Counted from the first letter of the stretch, positions 9,048 through 18,623 are shown. The stretch: DNA of 64,000 bases from Nitrospirota bacterium (GCA_963721805.1 CAVRJY010000001.1:1483166-1547165); one strand, 5' to 3'. The notes: generated by a model from the letters alone, not told the origin. Program-made: numbers and translations.

Positions 9048-9374
9048 ATGGAAAGCGGCAAACTCGACAGAAAGCGCCTGCTGAGGGCCTCGATGGGGAT
9101 CGGGGTGGCCTTCAGCGTCCTCGTATTCTTCCTCATGGACCTGCTCTATTCAGACAGCGGCTCGTGGCGCGAGGTCATAGCGCTGGACCTGAAGTCAAAC
9201 TACGGCATGGACGTCACGATCCACAGCCCGGCGGTCTATCTGGTATACGTGCTGATACTGATGTTCCTGATGGCCGTGGGCGCGGGGATGGGGTATCTTT
9301 TCTTCCGCATAATGGAGAAGTTCTTCTCGCTCCTGCACGGCGCGGCGAAGGACGGAGGCCATCATGAGGGATAG
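9048..9374 (+). CDS. Small two-TM membrane protein, coupled to the cytochrome gene
   Basis: Two hydrophobic segments; stop overlaps the next gene. Confidence 0.7.
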   Translation: MESGKLDRKRLLRASMGIGVAFSVLVFFLMDLLYSDSGSWREVIALDLKSNYGMDVTIHSPAVYLVYVLILMFLMAVGAGMGYLFFRIMEKFFSLLHGAAKDGGHHEG

Positions 9375-10242
9375 GCGCAGCGGCCGCCTGGGCAACCGCG
9401 GCATGGCCCGCATGGGCATATTATCGCTGCTCGCGCTGTTTTGCGGGCTCGCGCTGTTTACGGGATACAAGTACTACAAATACTATTTCGAGTCGCCCGA
9501 CGTATGCATGCTCTGCCACCCGATGGAAGAGGGCTACAAGCAGTGGAACGCGAGCAAGCACAACGACATCATCTGCCAGCGCTGCCACACTATCAGCGCG
9601 ATGGAGGGCAACCGCCTCCTGTTTAAGTACTTCGTCGCGGGGAGCAACTCGGTCGCCGAGGACCACGGCCGCATCGAGCCCTGGAAGCACTGCATGGAGT
9701 GCCACGAATCGGCCGCGTACTCTGGCGCGGTGACGCTCAGGAAGTCGCATGGACATGCGCGCCACGTATTCATGAAGGGCATGCAGTGCAACGCCTGCCA
9801 CACGCCGGACATGCGCACGGATTTCAAGCCTGACCAGAGCCGCTGCCTGGGCTGCCACCCCGAACGCCTCGTGCACGGCATGGGCACGACCGGGATGCGC
9901 TGCCTCAACTGCCACAACTTCATCGAGTCGACCTCATCGCCGGTCTCGGAGGACAAGTGCATCCAGTGCCACAAGGACGTCAAGAAGGGCAAGGTGATGG
10001 CGCAGCTCAAGTGCTTCGACTGCCACCACCCGCACGACAAGCTAAAGCTCATCGACCAGGACTGCATGAGCAGCTGCCATGCCAACCAGGTCCGCGTGGG
10101 CCAGCACGGGCTGCACCTCAGGCAGGGCATGAAGTGCCTCGGCTGCCATAAGCCGCACGAGTGGGCGGTCGGCCCGCAGCAGGCGCGCGGGCTGTGCGAC
10201 CGCTGCCATCCGCTCAGGAACCCGAACGCCTTTATCTATTAG
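9364..10242 (+). CDS. Membrane-anchored multiheme cytochrome c (10 CxxCH plus 1 CxxxCH)
   Basis: N-terminal TM then CMLCH, CQRCH, CMECH, CNACH, CLGCH, CLNCH, CIQCH, CFDCH, CMSSCH, CLGCH, CDRCH; exact start uncertain. Confidence 0.9.
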   Translation: MRDRRSGRLGNRGMARMGILSLLALFCGLALFTGYKYYKYYFESPDVCMLCHPMEEGYKQWNASKHNDIICQRCHTISAMEGNRLLFKYFVAGSNSVAEDHGRIEPWKHCMECHESAAYSGAVTLRKSHGHARHVFMKGMQCNACHTPDMRTDFKPDQSRCLGCHPERLVHGMGTTGMRCLNCHNFIESTSSPVSEDKCIQCHKDVKKGKVMAQLKCFDCHHPHDKLKLIDQDCMSSCHANQVRVGQHGLHLRQGMKCLGCHKPHEWAVGPQQARGLCDRCHPLRNPNAFIY

Positions 10243-10275
10243 AAAAACCTATCTCAGCTTTAAGACAGGTTCGGC

Positions 10276-10461
10276 CTACTTCTCGTACGTTATCGCTTCG
10301 ACCGGGCATATGCCGGCCGCGGACTCGCAGTCGCACGACGAGCACTTGCTCGCGTCCACGACGTAGGCCTTCTCGCCTGCATCGAGCTGGAACACCTCCG
10401 GGCACAGCTCCACGCACGACCCGCATCCAACGCACGTATCCTGATCCACGATTAGTTTCAT
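10276..10461 (-). CDS. Ferredoxin (61 aa, single-cluster type)
   Basis: MKLIVDQDTCVGCGSCVELCP...ICPVEAI; GGGAGG RBS. Confidence 0.9.
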   Translation of the reverse strand: MKLIVDQDTCVGCGSCVELCPEVFQLDAGEKAYVVDASKCSSCDCESAAGICPVEAITYEK

Positions 10462-10545
10462 GCCTGCCTCCCTGGGATTATGTGTGACTCTTGCATAGAT
10501 GATATAACGGCAAGTCCCGCCGCGCAACATCAAGGCAGGGGCCGA

Positions 10546-10573
10546 TAAAGTTTTCGGCCGCACGTTCCGATAA
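10546..10573 (+). promoter_or_regulatory. Sigma28 (FliA)-type promoter
   Basis: TAAAGTTT-N12-TCCGATAA versus consensus TAAAGTTT-N11-GCCGATAA. Confidence 0.65.
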
Positions 10574-10597
10574 GTTACTCATAAGGAGGGAACGGAC

Positions 10598-10774
10598 ATG
10601 ACTACACGCGAGACCATAGAGGCGCTGAGGAACTCCGAGATATGGGTCTGCCTGTCCGACGAGGAGAAGGCCGACGCGATAAGCTACGCTCTCTCCGCGC
10701 TGGGGCTGAAGTTCCATCCACGCGCAGAGCGCGACGACGTGGCCGGGCTGCTCGGGGAGACCTACGGCGGCTGA
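10598..10774 (+). CDS. Hypothetical 58-aa protein (not in the ORF track)
   Basis: AAGGAGG RBS; MTTRETIEALRNSEIWVCLSDEEKADAISYALSALGLKFHPRAERDDVAGLLGETYGG; host-like codon usage. Confidence 0.7.
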   Translation: MTTRETIEALRNSEIWVCLSDEEKADAISYALSALGLKFHPRAERDDVAGLLGETYGG

Positions 10775-10796
10775 GCCTCACCGGACATGAGCCGCG

Positions 10797-11288
10797 CTAA
10801 TCCAGCGCCGCCATGTCCATGCTCTCCGTGACCTGCTTGAGCTTCTTCATCAGCACCGTGCCCGCCCCGGTATTGAATATTATCTTCCTGCCCTGGGGCC
10901 CCCTGACGTCATAAGCGGTGATCGGGATGCGTTCCTCCGCAAGCGCCTGTATCGCGAAGTCAACGTTTCGCTGCCCGACGTTCATTATGCCGTTGGTGAC
11001 GCGCAGTATATCGCCGCCGCCGAAGACCTTGCAGACGAGGTCAGACCTCCGCGAGCCGAGTTCCCCCATGATCTCGATGAGCCTCGGTATCGCGACCATG
11101 CCGTACTTGGGGCTTGCGAGGCCCTCTCCGTTCCACAGCGGGAGCATGAAGTGGTTTATGCCGCCCATCTTCCGCACCGGGTCCCACAGGCATACCGAGA
11201 CGCACGAGCCTAGCACGGTCGTGACCAGGTGAGGCTCCGGGTGCGCGAATATATGTCCTGGGAACAGGTAGTGCTCACCGATGGGCAT
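10797..11288 (-). CDS. cheD: Chemoreceptor glutamine deamidase CheD
   Basis: TVLGSCVSVCLWD, GGINHFMLP, KVFGG and GQRN motifs. Confidence 0.92.
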   Translation of the reverse strand: MPIGEHYLFPGHIFAHPEPHLVTTVLGSCVSVCLWDPVRKMGGINHFMLPLWNGEGLASPKYGMVAIPRLIEIMGELGSRRSDLVCKVFGGGDILRVTNGIMNVGQRNVDFAIQALAEERIPITAYDVRGPQGRKIIFNTGAGTVLMKKLKQVTESMDMAALD

Positions 11289-11335
11289 GGCTGCCCCCTC
11301 TTATGGACTGCGCCTCGTATGGCATGGCGGTTGGC

Positions 11336-12226
11336 TTAGAGGACCTCTTCCTCGCCATCGAATATGAACTCGTTGCCGCCCTCAGAGAAGACGTCCGCGG
11401 CCGCGCCCTCTGACTCGGGCAGCGTCACTACGAACGCGCTGCCCTTGCCCGGAGTGCTGTCGAGGTGTATCGTCCCGCCCATGAACTCCACGAGCGCCTT
11501 GACTATGCTCAGCCCCAGGCCGTGGCCCCGGTGGGCCTTGCAAACGCCTTCGTCGATCTGTCTGAAGCGGTCGAATATCTCCTTCTGCCTGTCCCTGTCG
11601 ATGCCGATGCCCTCGTCCCTGACCGCCAGCACGAGCCTCCCGTCCCTGAGCCGGGCGCTGAGCTCGATCCGGCCCCCCGACATGCTGTATTCGATGGCGT
11701 TCGCGAGGAGGTTCGACACGATGCAATAAAGCTTCTCGGAGTCGGTCCTGAAGGTGGCCGGGCCGGCCGGATCGAGCGAGACGCTGACGACCTTGCCTTC
11801 CGATGCGGCCCTCGGGCTGAAGGAGTCGACCGCGTCCGTCAAAATCCGTCCGATGTTCGATATGGACGGAGCCACGACGGCCTCCCCGGCCTCGATCTCG
11901 GCGGCCATGAAGATGTTCCTTATCTGGAAGTCGAGGCCGAAGGCCTCGTCGTGTATCATGCTGGCGAACCTGGCCACCGGCTCATCGGGCGGGGCGTCAT
12001 GCGCCATCTCGTAGGAGAGCCCTAGGATCGAGGAGAGCGGGTTAATTATCTCGTTTCTGATGTTCGAGAGGAAGTTGCTCTTCATCTGCTCGGATTCGAG
12101 CAGCTTTTTGTTGACCTCGGCGAGCTTCGCGCTCACAATCCTCAGGTCAAACAGCGCCCTCTTGTTTTCCTCGAAGCGAGTCCTCAGCTCCTCGATAAGC
12201 TCCTCGTCCGACAGATGGCTGGCCAT
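11336..12226 (-). CDS. Cytoplasmic HisKA/HATPase protein lacking the H-box His
   Basis: KSNFLSNIRNEIINPL; NLLANAIEY, DEGIGI, IFDRF and GHGLGL boxes. Confidence 0.85.
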   Translation of the reverse strand: MASHLSDEELIEELRTRFEENKRALFDLRIVSAKLAEVNKKLLESEQMKSNFLSNIRNEIINPLSSILGLSYEMAHDAPPDEPVARFASMIHDEAFGLDFQIRNIFMAAEIEAGEAVVAPSISNIGRILTDAVDSFSPRAASEGKVVSVSLDPAGPATFRTDSEKLYCIVSNLLANAIEYSMSGGRIELSARLRDGRLVLAVRDEGIGIDRDRQKEIFDRFRQIDEGVCKAHRGHGLGLSIVKALVEFMGGTIHLDSTPGKGSAFVVTLPESEGAAADVFSEGGNEFIFDGEEEVL

Positions 12227-12396
12227 GTCCCCTCCCTTACCGGTGTCTCTCGTATTTATCTTATCACGAAGCCTCTATTTAGCCCAAACGCGCCTGCGGC
12301 ATTGAATTTTGCCCCCCCGCGAAACTATAATTAACGATCCGAAACCCTGAACCCTCAAAGTCAGGGTTCCGTACATCCGAACCAAGGAGCGTTGCC

Positions 12397-13248
12397 ATGC
12401 CGAAAATTCTTGAAAAGAGGCTCATCCGAAAGCCCGACGTGTTCTATTACAAGGTCGCCGCTCCGGCGATCTCGCGTAAGGCGCAGCCGGGGCAGTTCGT
12501 CATCATCCGCATCAACGAGACGGGCGAGCGCATACCGCTTTCGCTGGCGGACATCAACCCCGAAGAGGGCACGATCAGCCTGATCGTCATGGTCATCGGG
12601 AAGACCTCGGGGGACCTCTCGCTGCTTAACGCGGGCGACGAGATCCTCGACCTCTGCGGCCCGCTCGGCCAGCCGACCCATATCGGCAAGCTAGGGCGCG
12701 TCGTGCTCGTTGGCGGCGGGTTCGGAGTGGCCCCGCTCTACCCGATCGCAAAGGCGTTTAAGGCCGCGGGCAACGTGGTTACATGCGTGATGGGCGCGCG
12801 CAACAAAGACCTCCTCGTCTACGAGGAAGAGATGCTGCGCGTCTGCGACAAGGTCCTCGTTTCCACGGACGACGGCAGCAAGGGTATCAAGGGCGTCGTC
12901 ACGATGGCGCTCGAGGCTGAGATAAAGGAAAACGGCGCGGACCTGGTGATGGCCGTCGGGCCCGCGATCATGATGAAGTTCGTCTCTGCCACGACCAAGC
13001 CGCTCGGGGTCAAGACTCTCGTGAGCCTGAACCCGATCATGGTCGACGGCACCGGGATGTGCGGCGGCTGCCGCGTCGATATCGGCGGCAAGACTATGTT
13101 CGCCTGCGCCGACGGCCCTGACTTCGACGGGCACCTCGTGAACTGGGACCTGCTGATGAGCCGCCAGAAGACGTACGCACCAGAGGAGAAGATCTCCTTC
13201 GACCAATGGAAAGAAAAACACGCGCATATGCTTTGCGAGACCAAATAA
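12397..13248 (+). CDS. nfnA: NADH-dependent reduced ferredoxin:NADP+ oxidoreductase small subunit (NfnA/SudB)
   Basis: GERIPL, GPLG, GGG.G.AP and MVDGTGMCGGCR..C.DGPDFD motifs. Confidence 0.88.
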   Translation: MPKILEKRLIRKPDVFYYKVAAPAISRKAQPGQFVIIRINETGERIPLSLADINPEEGTISLIVMVIGKTSGDLSLLNAGDEILDLCGPLGQPTHIGKLGRVVLVGGGFGVAPLYPIAKAFKAAGNVVTCVMGARNKDLLVYEEEMLRVCDKVLVSTDDGSKGIKGVVTMALEAEIKENGADLVMAVGPAIMMKFVSATTKPLGVKTLVSLNPIMVDGTGMCGGCRVDIGGKTMFACADGPDFDGHLVNWDLLMSRQKTYAPEEKISFDQWKEKHAHMLCETK

Positions 13249-13263
13249 CAAGGACCCGAGGCG

Positions 13264-14679
13264 ATGACAGAAGAAACCCCCAAGGCTAGAAAGATCATAC
13301 CCAAGCGCATACCGATGACCGAGCAGGACCCGGCTGTCCGCGCCACGAACTTCAAGGAGGTCTCGCTCGGCTACACCCGCGAGCAGGCCATGGCCGAGGC
13401 GGAGCGCTGCCTCTCCTGCAAGAAACCCGCGTGCGTCGAGGGCTGCCCGGTCAACGTGCCGATCCCCCAGTTCATAAAGGCGCTCCGCGAGGAAGGCCCG
13501 GCGAAGGCCATAACCATCCTCAAGGAGAAGAACATCCTCCCGGCCGTATGCGGCAGGGTATGCCCGCAGGAGACGCAGTGCGAGCAGCGCTGCATCGTCG
13601 GCAAGAAGCACGACCCGGTCGCAATCGGCAGGCTCGAGCGCTTTGTCGCAGACGAGGCGATGAGGAACCCCTCGACGGTGGCCCCGGTGCTCCCGAAACC
13701 GACCGGCAAGAAGGTCGCTATAGTCGGCAGCGGCCCGTCCGGGCTTACGGCCGCATCGGACCTCGCGCGCATGGGCCACAAGGTCACGATATTCGAGGCC
13801 TTCCACGCCCCCGGCGGCGTGCTGCTTTACGGCATACCCGAGTTCCGCCTGCCCAAGGACATCGTCCGCAAGGAGATCGAGGGCCTGCGCGCGATGGGCG
13901 TGGACATCCAGCTTAACTCCGTAGTCGGAAAGCTGATCTCTATCGAGGAGATCATGAAGGAGTTCGACGCCTGCTTCATCGGCACCGGCGCGGGGCTCCC
14001 GAAGTTCATGAACATCCCCGGCGAGAACCTAAACGGCGTGTATTCGGCCAATGAGTTCCTGACGCGCGTAAACCTGATGCGCGCCTACACCTTCCCCACC
14101 TACGACACGCCGATCAAGCACGGCAGCCACGTCGCGGTCGTCGGCGGCGGCAACGTCGCTATGGACGCGGTGCGCACCGCAAAGAGGCTCGGCGCTACCG
14201 AGGCGATCATCGTATACCGAAGATCAGAGGTCGAGCTGCCCGCTCGCCGCGAGGAAGTCCACCACGCAAAGGAAGAGGGCATCCGTTTTGAGATGCTCAC
14301 GTCCCCGGTACGAATAATCGGTGAAAACGGCTGGGTTACGGGTATCGAGTGCCTGCGCATGGAGCTCTCCGAGCCGGACGCCTCAGGCCGCAGGAAGCCG
14401 GTAGAGAAAAAGGGATCGGAATTTGTGATCCCGGTCGATACCGTAATCATGGCCATCGGCACCGGGGCCAACCCTCTGGTGCCCGAGAGCACGCCAGAGC
14501 TTGCCAAGACGAAATACGGATACATAGTCGCCAACGATGAGACCGGCGTCACTAGCATACCCGGCGTCTTCGCGGGTGGAGATATCGTAACCGGCTCGGC
14601 CACGGTCATCTCTGCCATGGGCGCGGGCCGCAAGGCAGCCAAGGCGATCAACGAATACCTGATGGCCGCCAAGGCATAG
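13264..14679 (+). CDS. nfnB: Nfn large subunit (NfnB/SudA; GltD-like)
   Basis: EAERCLSC..P.C..GCP, CGRVCPQETQCE, GSGPSGL and GGGNVAMD motifs; follows nfnA with no gltB nearby. Confidence 0.88.
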   Translation: MTEETPKARKIIPKRIPMTEQDPAVRATNFKEVSLGYTREQAMAEAERCLSCKKPACVEGCPVNVPIPQFIKALREEGPAKAITILKEKNILPAVCGRVCPQETQCEQRCIVGKKHDPVAIGRLERFVADEAMRNPSTVAPVLPKPTGKKVAIVGSGPSGLTAASDLARMGHKVTIFEAFHAPGGVLLYGIPEFRLPKDIVRKEIEGLRAMGVDIQLNSVVGKLISIEEIMKEFDACFIGTGAGLPKFMNIPGENLNGVYSANEFLTRVNLMRAYTFPTYDTPIKHGSHVAVVGGGNVAMDAVRTAKRLGATEAIIVYRRSEVELPARREEVHHAKEEGIRFEMLTSPVRIIGENGWVTGIECLRMELSEPDASGRRKPVEKKGSEFVIPVDTVIMAIGTGANPLVPESTPELAKTKYGYIVANDETGVTSIPGVFAGGDIVTGSATVISAMGAGRKAAKAINEYLMAAKA

Positions 14680-14681
14680 CG

Positions 14682-15470
14682 ATGCAGCAGCAGACGATGG
14701 ACGATCTTTACAAGGTCAGGGTCCCGCTCTTCGAGGGGCCCCTGGATCTGCTCCTGCACCTCATCAGGGAGAACAAGATCGACATCTATGACATACCGAT
14801 CTCGCTGATCACGCACCAGTACCTCGAATACATCGAGCTTCTGAAGGAACTCGACCTCGACATCGCAGGCGAGTTCCTTGTGATGGCCGCGACCCTCATA
14901 CACATCAAGTCGCGCATGCTCCTGCCTATCGAGGAGACCGCGGACACCGAAGAGCTCGAGGACCCCCGCCTCGAACTCGTCCAGAGGCTGCTTGCTTACA
15001 GGGAGTTCAAGGACGCCTCGCTCGGGCTCCGCGAGCGCGAGGAGCATTGGAGCGAGGTCATGTACCGCTCGCCCGAGGCGGAGCCGGAGCTCGACGAGTC
15101 CGGGGACGGATCGGGCGAACTGCCGCTTTTCAATCTGAACATATTCGACCTGCTCATGGCCTTTAGGAAGATCCTGGATCGCGTGCCGTCCGAGATCGCC
15201 TCGATCACCAAGGAAGCGCTCTCGATCAAGGACAGCATGGCGCATATCATCGAGGCGCTGAGGGGCTCGGAGGCGGTGCGGTTTGAGGATCTGTTTGAGG
15301 GCGTGGCCTCGAAGCCGCACCTGATCATCACGTTTGTCGCCCTTTTGGAGGCCATAAAGATCGGGCTTGCGCGCGTGTATCAGGAGGCCGAGTTCGGGCA
15401 GCTCTGGGTCATCAGGCCCGAGGACCGGCCTGTCGAGACTCCGCAATCAGACGCAGTGGCAGCGGCATAG
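14682..15470 (+). CDS. scpA: Segregation and condensation protein A
   Basis: FEGPLDLLLHLI, EFLVMAATL..IKSRMLLP and TFVALLE motifs. Confidence 0.93.
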   Translation: MQQQTMDDLYKVRVPLFEGPLDLLLHLIRENKIDIYDIPISLITHQYLEYIELLKELDLDIAGEFLVMAATLIHIKSRMLLPIEETADTEELEDPRLELVQRLLAYREFKDASLGLREREEHWSEVMYRSPEAEPELDESGDGSGELPLFNLNIFDLLMAFRKILDRVPSEIASITKEALSIKDSMAHIIEALRGSEAVRFEDLFEGVASKPHLIITFVALLEAIKIGLARVYQEAEFGQLWVIRPEDRPVETPQSDAVAAA

Positions 15471-15491
15471 CCGCCCTGCCCCGTCCCCTCC

Positions 15492-16484
15492 ATGTACGTA
15501 CTCGGCATCGACACCTCCTGCGACGACACCTCGGCCTCGCTGCTTGAGTGCTCCCCCGAACGTGTAAGCATAGTCAGAAACGTCGTATCGAGCCAGACCG
15601 CGATCCATACCAAATACGGCGGCATAGTGCCGGAGCTCGCCTCGCGCAGCCACATCGAGATGATCTGGCCGGTCGCGGCCGAGGCCATGGGCGGCATGGA
15701 CATCAGGCAGCTCGGGCTCGTCTCTGTATGCGCGGGACCTGGCCTGATAGGCTCGCTGTTGGTAGGCTGCTCTTTCGTGAAGGCGATGTGCTACGCAGCC
15801 GGGCTGCAGTTCGTCGGCGTAAACCATCTCGAAGGCCACATACTCTCCCCGTTTCTCGAGGGCCGCTCACCCGAGTTCCCGTTTCTGGCGCTCGTCGTCT
15901 CTGGCGGCCATACGTCCATCTATAAGGTCTCGGACTACTGCGACTATACCGGGATCGGCCGCACCAGAGACGACGCGGCGGGAGAGGCATACGACAAGGT
16001 CTCGAAGCTTTTGGGCCTCGGGTATCCCGGGGGCCCTGTGATCGACCGCCTCGCATCGGAGGGCAACCCGCACGCCGTGGAGTTCCCGCGCGCTTATCTG
16101 CCCGGAGGGTACGACTTCAGCTTCAGCGGGCTTAAGACCGCGGTGAGGCTCGCCAGGGAGTCCAACCCCGGCCTCAGCGACGCGGACGTAGCGGCTTCGT
16201 TTCAGGCCGCGGTGATCGACGTGCTAGTGCGCAAGTGCGAATGGGCGATGAGGGATACGGGCATCAACAGGCTCGCGATCTCGGGCGGCGTGGCCGCAAA
16301 CAGCGGTCTTCGCGCTAGCATGACCGCGATGGCCGAGGCCACGGGCGTGGAGCTCTACCTCCCGTCGCTTGCGTTTTGCACGGACAACGCCGCTATGATC
16401 GCGCTTTCGGGCTACAGGCGCCACCTCAGGGGCGAACGCTCCGGGCTCGACCTCAACCCGAGGCCATACCTTCCTATCGGATAG
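15492..16484 (+). CDS. tsaD: tRNA N6-adenosine threonylcarbamoyltransferase
   Basis: GIDTSCDDT, GGIVPELASRSH, HLEGH, SGGHT, DDAAGEAYDK and CTDNAAMI motifs. Confidence 0.95.
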   Translation: MYVLGIDTSCDDTSASLLECSPERVSIVRNVVSSQTAIHTKYGGIVPELASRSHIEMIWPVAAEAMGGMDIRQLGLVSVCAGPGLIGSLLVGCSFVKAMCYAAGLQFVGVNHLEGHILSPFLEGRSPEFPFLALVVSGGHTSIYKVSDYCDYTGIGRTRDDAAGEAYDKVSKLLGLGYPGGPVIDRLASEGNPHAVEFPRAYLPGGYDFSFSGLKTAVRLARESNPGLSDADVAASFQAAVIDVLVRKCEWAMRDTGINRLAISGGVAANSGLRASMTAMAEATGVELYLPSLAFCTDNAAMIALSGYRRHLRGERSGLDLNPRPYLPIG

Positions 16485-16546
16485 CGCATTACCGATTTTC
16501 GTTATGTTAAAATTTAAGCATTCCATTTATATCCAAAGGAGCAATC

Positions 16547-17722
16547 ATGCTTGCTGACAGGGCAAAGAGAATAAAGCCGTCCGCCACGCTCGCGATGGAC
16601 GCCAAGGCCAAGGCCATGAAGCAGGAAGGCAGGGACATCGTCAATTTCGGGGTCGGCGAGCCTGACTTCGACACGCCTGATAACATCAAGGAGGCCGCGA
16701 TCCGGGCCATCAGGGCCGGGTTCACTAAATACACCCCCGCCGGCGGCACGGTGCAGCTCAAAGAGGCCGTAATGGGCAAGTTCAAGTCCGAAAACGGCCT
16801 GACATACAAACCCGAAGGCATTATAGTCTCCTGCGGGGCGAAGCACAGCCTATATAACATCGCTCAGGCCCTGTACGGCCCCGGCGACGAGGTCATCATC
16901 CCATCCCCTTACTGGGTCTCGTACCCCGATCAGGTGCTCTTAAACGACGCGACCCCCGTAATAGTCCAGACGCACGAGGCTGACTCCTTCATGCTCCGCC
17001 CCGAGGCGCTAAAAGAGAAGATCACCAGGCATACCAAGGCGATAATCCTAAACTCGCCCTCGAACCCCACAGGGCTCACCTATGACCGCCATACGCTGGA
17101 GGCCATCGCGCAGATAGCGGTCGAGAACAACCTCTACGTGATCTCCGACGAGATATACGAACACCTCATATATGACGGCGGCAGGCACGTCAGCATCGCA
17201 TCTCTGGGCAGGGAGATCTTCGAGCGCACGATAGTCGTAAACGGGCTCTCGAAGGCCTACGCCATGACAGGATGGCGCATCGGGTATGCGGCAGGTCCGG
17301 CGCCGATCATAAAGGCGATGACGAACATACAGGGGCAGTCGACCTCCAACCCCTCATCGATCTCGCAGGCCGCGGCTATAGAAGCCCTCACCGGGCCGCA
17401 GGATTTCATAAGCGTGATGCGCGCGGAGTTCGACAAACGCCGGAAATACCTGGTCGGCGAGCTGAACTCGATCCCCGGCATGCACTGCCTCACCCCAACT
17501 GGCGCGTTCTACGCCTTCCCCAACACTGCCAAGCTCTACGGCGGCAAGGTGAAAAATTCCACCGAGCTCTCGATGTACCTGCTCGACGAGGCGATGGTCG
17601 CGCTCGTGCCGGGCGAGCCGTTCGGGAGCGACGACCACATCCGAATATCGTATGCGGTCTCGATGGCCGACATCGAGAAGGCGGTCGTACGCATAAAAGC
17701 CGCGATAGAGAAGCTGGTCTAG
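16547..17722 (+). CDS. aspC: Aspartate aminotransferase (class I/II PLP-dependent)
   Basis: GEPDF, NSPSNPTG, SDEIY and SKAYAMTGWRIG motifs. Confidence 0.88.
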   Translation: MLADRAKRIKPSATLAMDAKAKAMKQEGRDIVNFGVGEPDFDTPDNIKEAAIRAIRAGFTKYTPAGGTVQLKEAVMGKFKSENGLTYKPEGIIVSCGAKHSLYNIAQALYGPGDEVIIPSPYWVSYPDQVLLNDATPVIVQTHEADSFMLRPEALKEKITRHTKAIILNSPSNPTGLTYDRHTLEAIAQIAVENNLYVISDEIYEHLIYDGGRHVSIASLGREIFERTIVVNGLSKAYAMTGWRIGYAAGPAPIIKAMTNIQGQSTSNPSSISQAAAIEALTGPQDFISVMRAEFDKRRKYLVGELNSIPGMHCLTPTGAFYAFPNTAKLYGGKVKNSTELSMYLLDEAMVALVPGEPFGSDDHIRISYAVSMADIEKAVVRIKAAIEKLV

Positions 17723-17723
17723 A

Positions 17724-18623
17724 GTGGAAAAGGAGGCACTGGTGCCTTTCCGCTCCGGGTTCATATCTATCACCGGCAGGCCGAACGTCGGCAAGTCCAC
17801 GCTCCTAAACCAGATCCTCGGCCAGAAGATCGCCATAGTGACCAACCGGCCTCAGACCACGCGCAACCGCATCCTGGGCATCAAAAACACCCCAGAGGCC
17901 CAGCTCGTATTTTTGGACACGCCGGGCATCCATACCCCGCGCCACGGCCTGGGCGCGGTGCTCGTGAAGGAGGCCAAGCAGGCGATCAAGGACGTAGAGG
18001 TCGTGCTCCTAGTGGTCGAGCCCCGCACGCCGCGCAACGACGACCGTGCGGTCATTAAGCTGCTCACCGGCATCAACAAACCGGTCGTGCTTGCGATCAA
18101 CAAGATAGACTCCGTGAGCAAGCCCGACCTCCTGCCCGTGATACAGGCGTACGCCGCGCTTTTTGAGTTTAACGAGGTCGTGCCGATCTCTGCGATCGAG
18201 GGCGAGGGTGTGGACGAACTCGTACGCGCGCTCGCCTCGCACCTGCCCGAGGGCGCGCCGCTCTATCCCGAGGACATGGTGACGGACTCGCTCGAGCGGT
18301 TCATCGCGGCGGAGTTCATCCGCGAGAAGGTGATGCGCCAGACCGGCGAGGAGGTGCCGCACTCGGCCGCCGTAGAGATCGTAACCTGGGAGGAGCGCCC
18401 CAACGGAGTCGTGAGCATCAGCGCCAACATCTATGTTGAAAAAGACGGGCAGAAGGGTATTATAATAGGGAACCGCGGCGAGCGGCTCAAGAGCATCGGG
18501 GTCGCGGCCCGCACCGAAATCGAAGGCCTCTTGGGGACCAAGGTGTTCCTCGAGCTATGGGTGAAGGTCAAGAAGGACTGGCGCATGAAGAAGACCGCAT
18601 TGAGCGAGCTGGGGTTTAACTGA
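17724..18623 (+). CDS. era: GTPase Era
   Basis: GRPNVGKSTL, PQTTR, DTPG, NKID; KH domain GIIIG. Confidence 0.95.
   Translation: MEKEALVPFRSGFISITGRPNVGKSTLLNQILGQKIAIVTNRPQTTRNRILGIKNTPEAQLVFLDTPGIHTPRHGLGAVLVKEAKQAIKDVEVVLLVVEPRTPRNDDRAVIKLLTGINKPVVLAINKIDSVSKPDLLPVIQAYAALFEFNEVVPISAIEGEGVDELVRALASHLPEGAPLYPEDMVTDSLERFIAAEFIREKVMRQTGEEVPHSAAVEIVTWEERPNGVVSISANIYVEKDGQKGIIIGNRGERLKSIGVAARTEIEGLLGTKVFLELWVKVKKDWRMKKTALSELGFN

Noticed and set aside
14100..15446. Long antisense ORFs (e.g. 14100..15446, 30366..31862, 33884..35260, 45049..46221)
   Set aside because: Shadow frames of well-supported genes in GC-rich DNA, with no motifs or RBS
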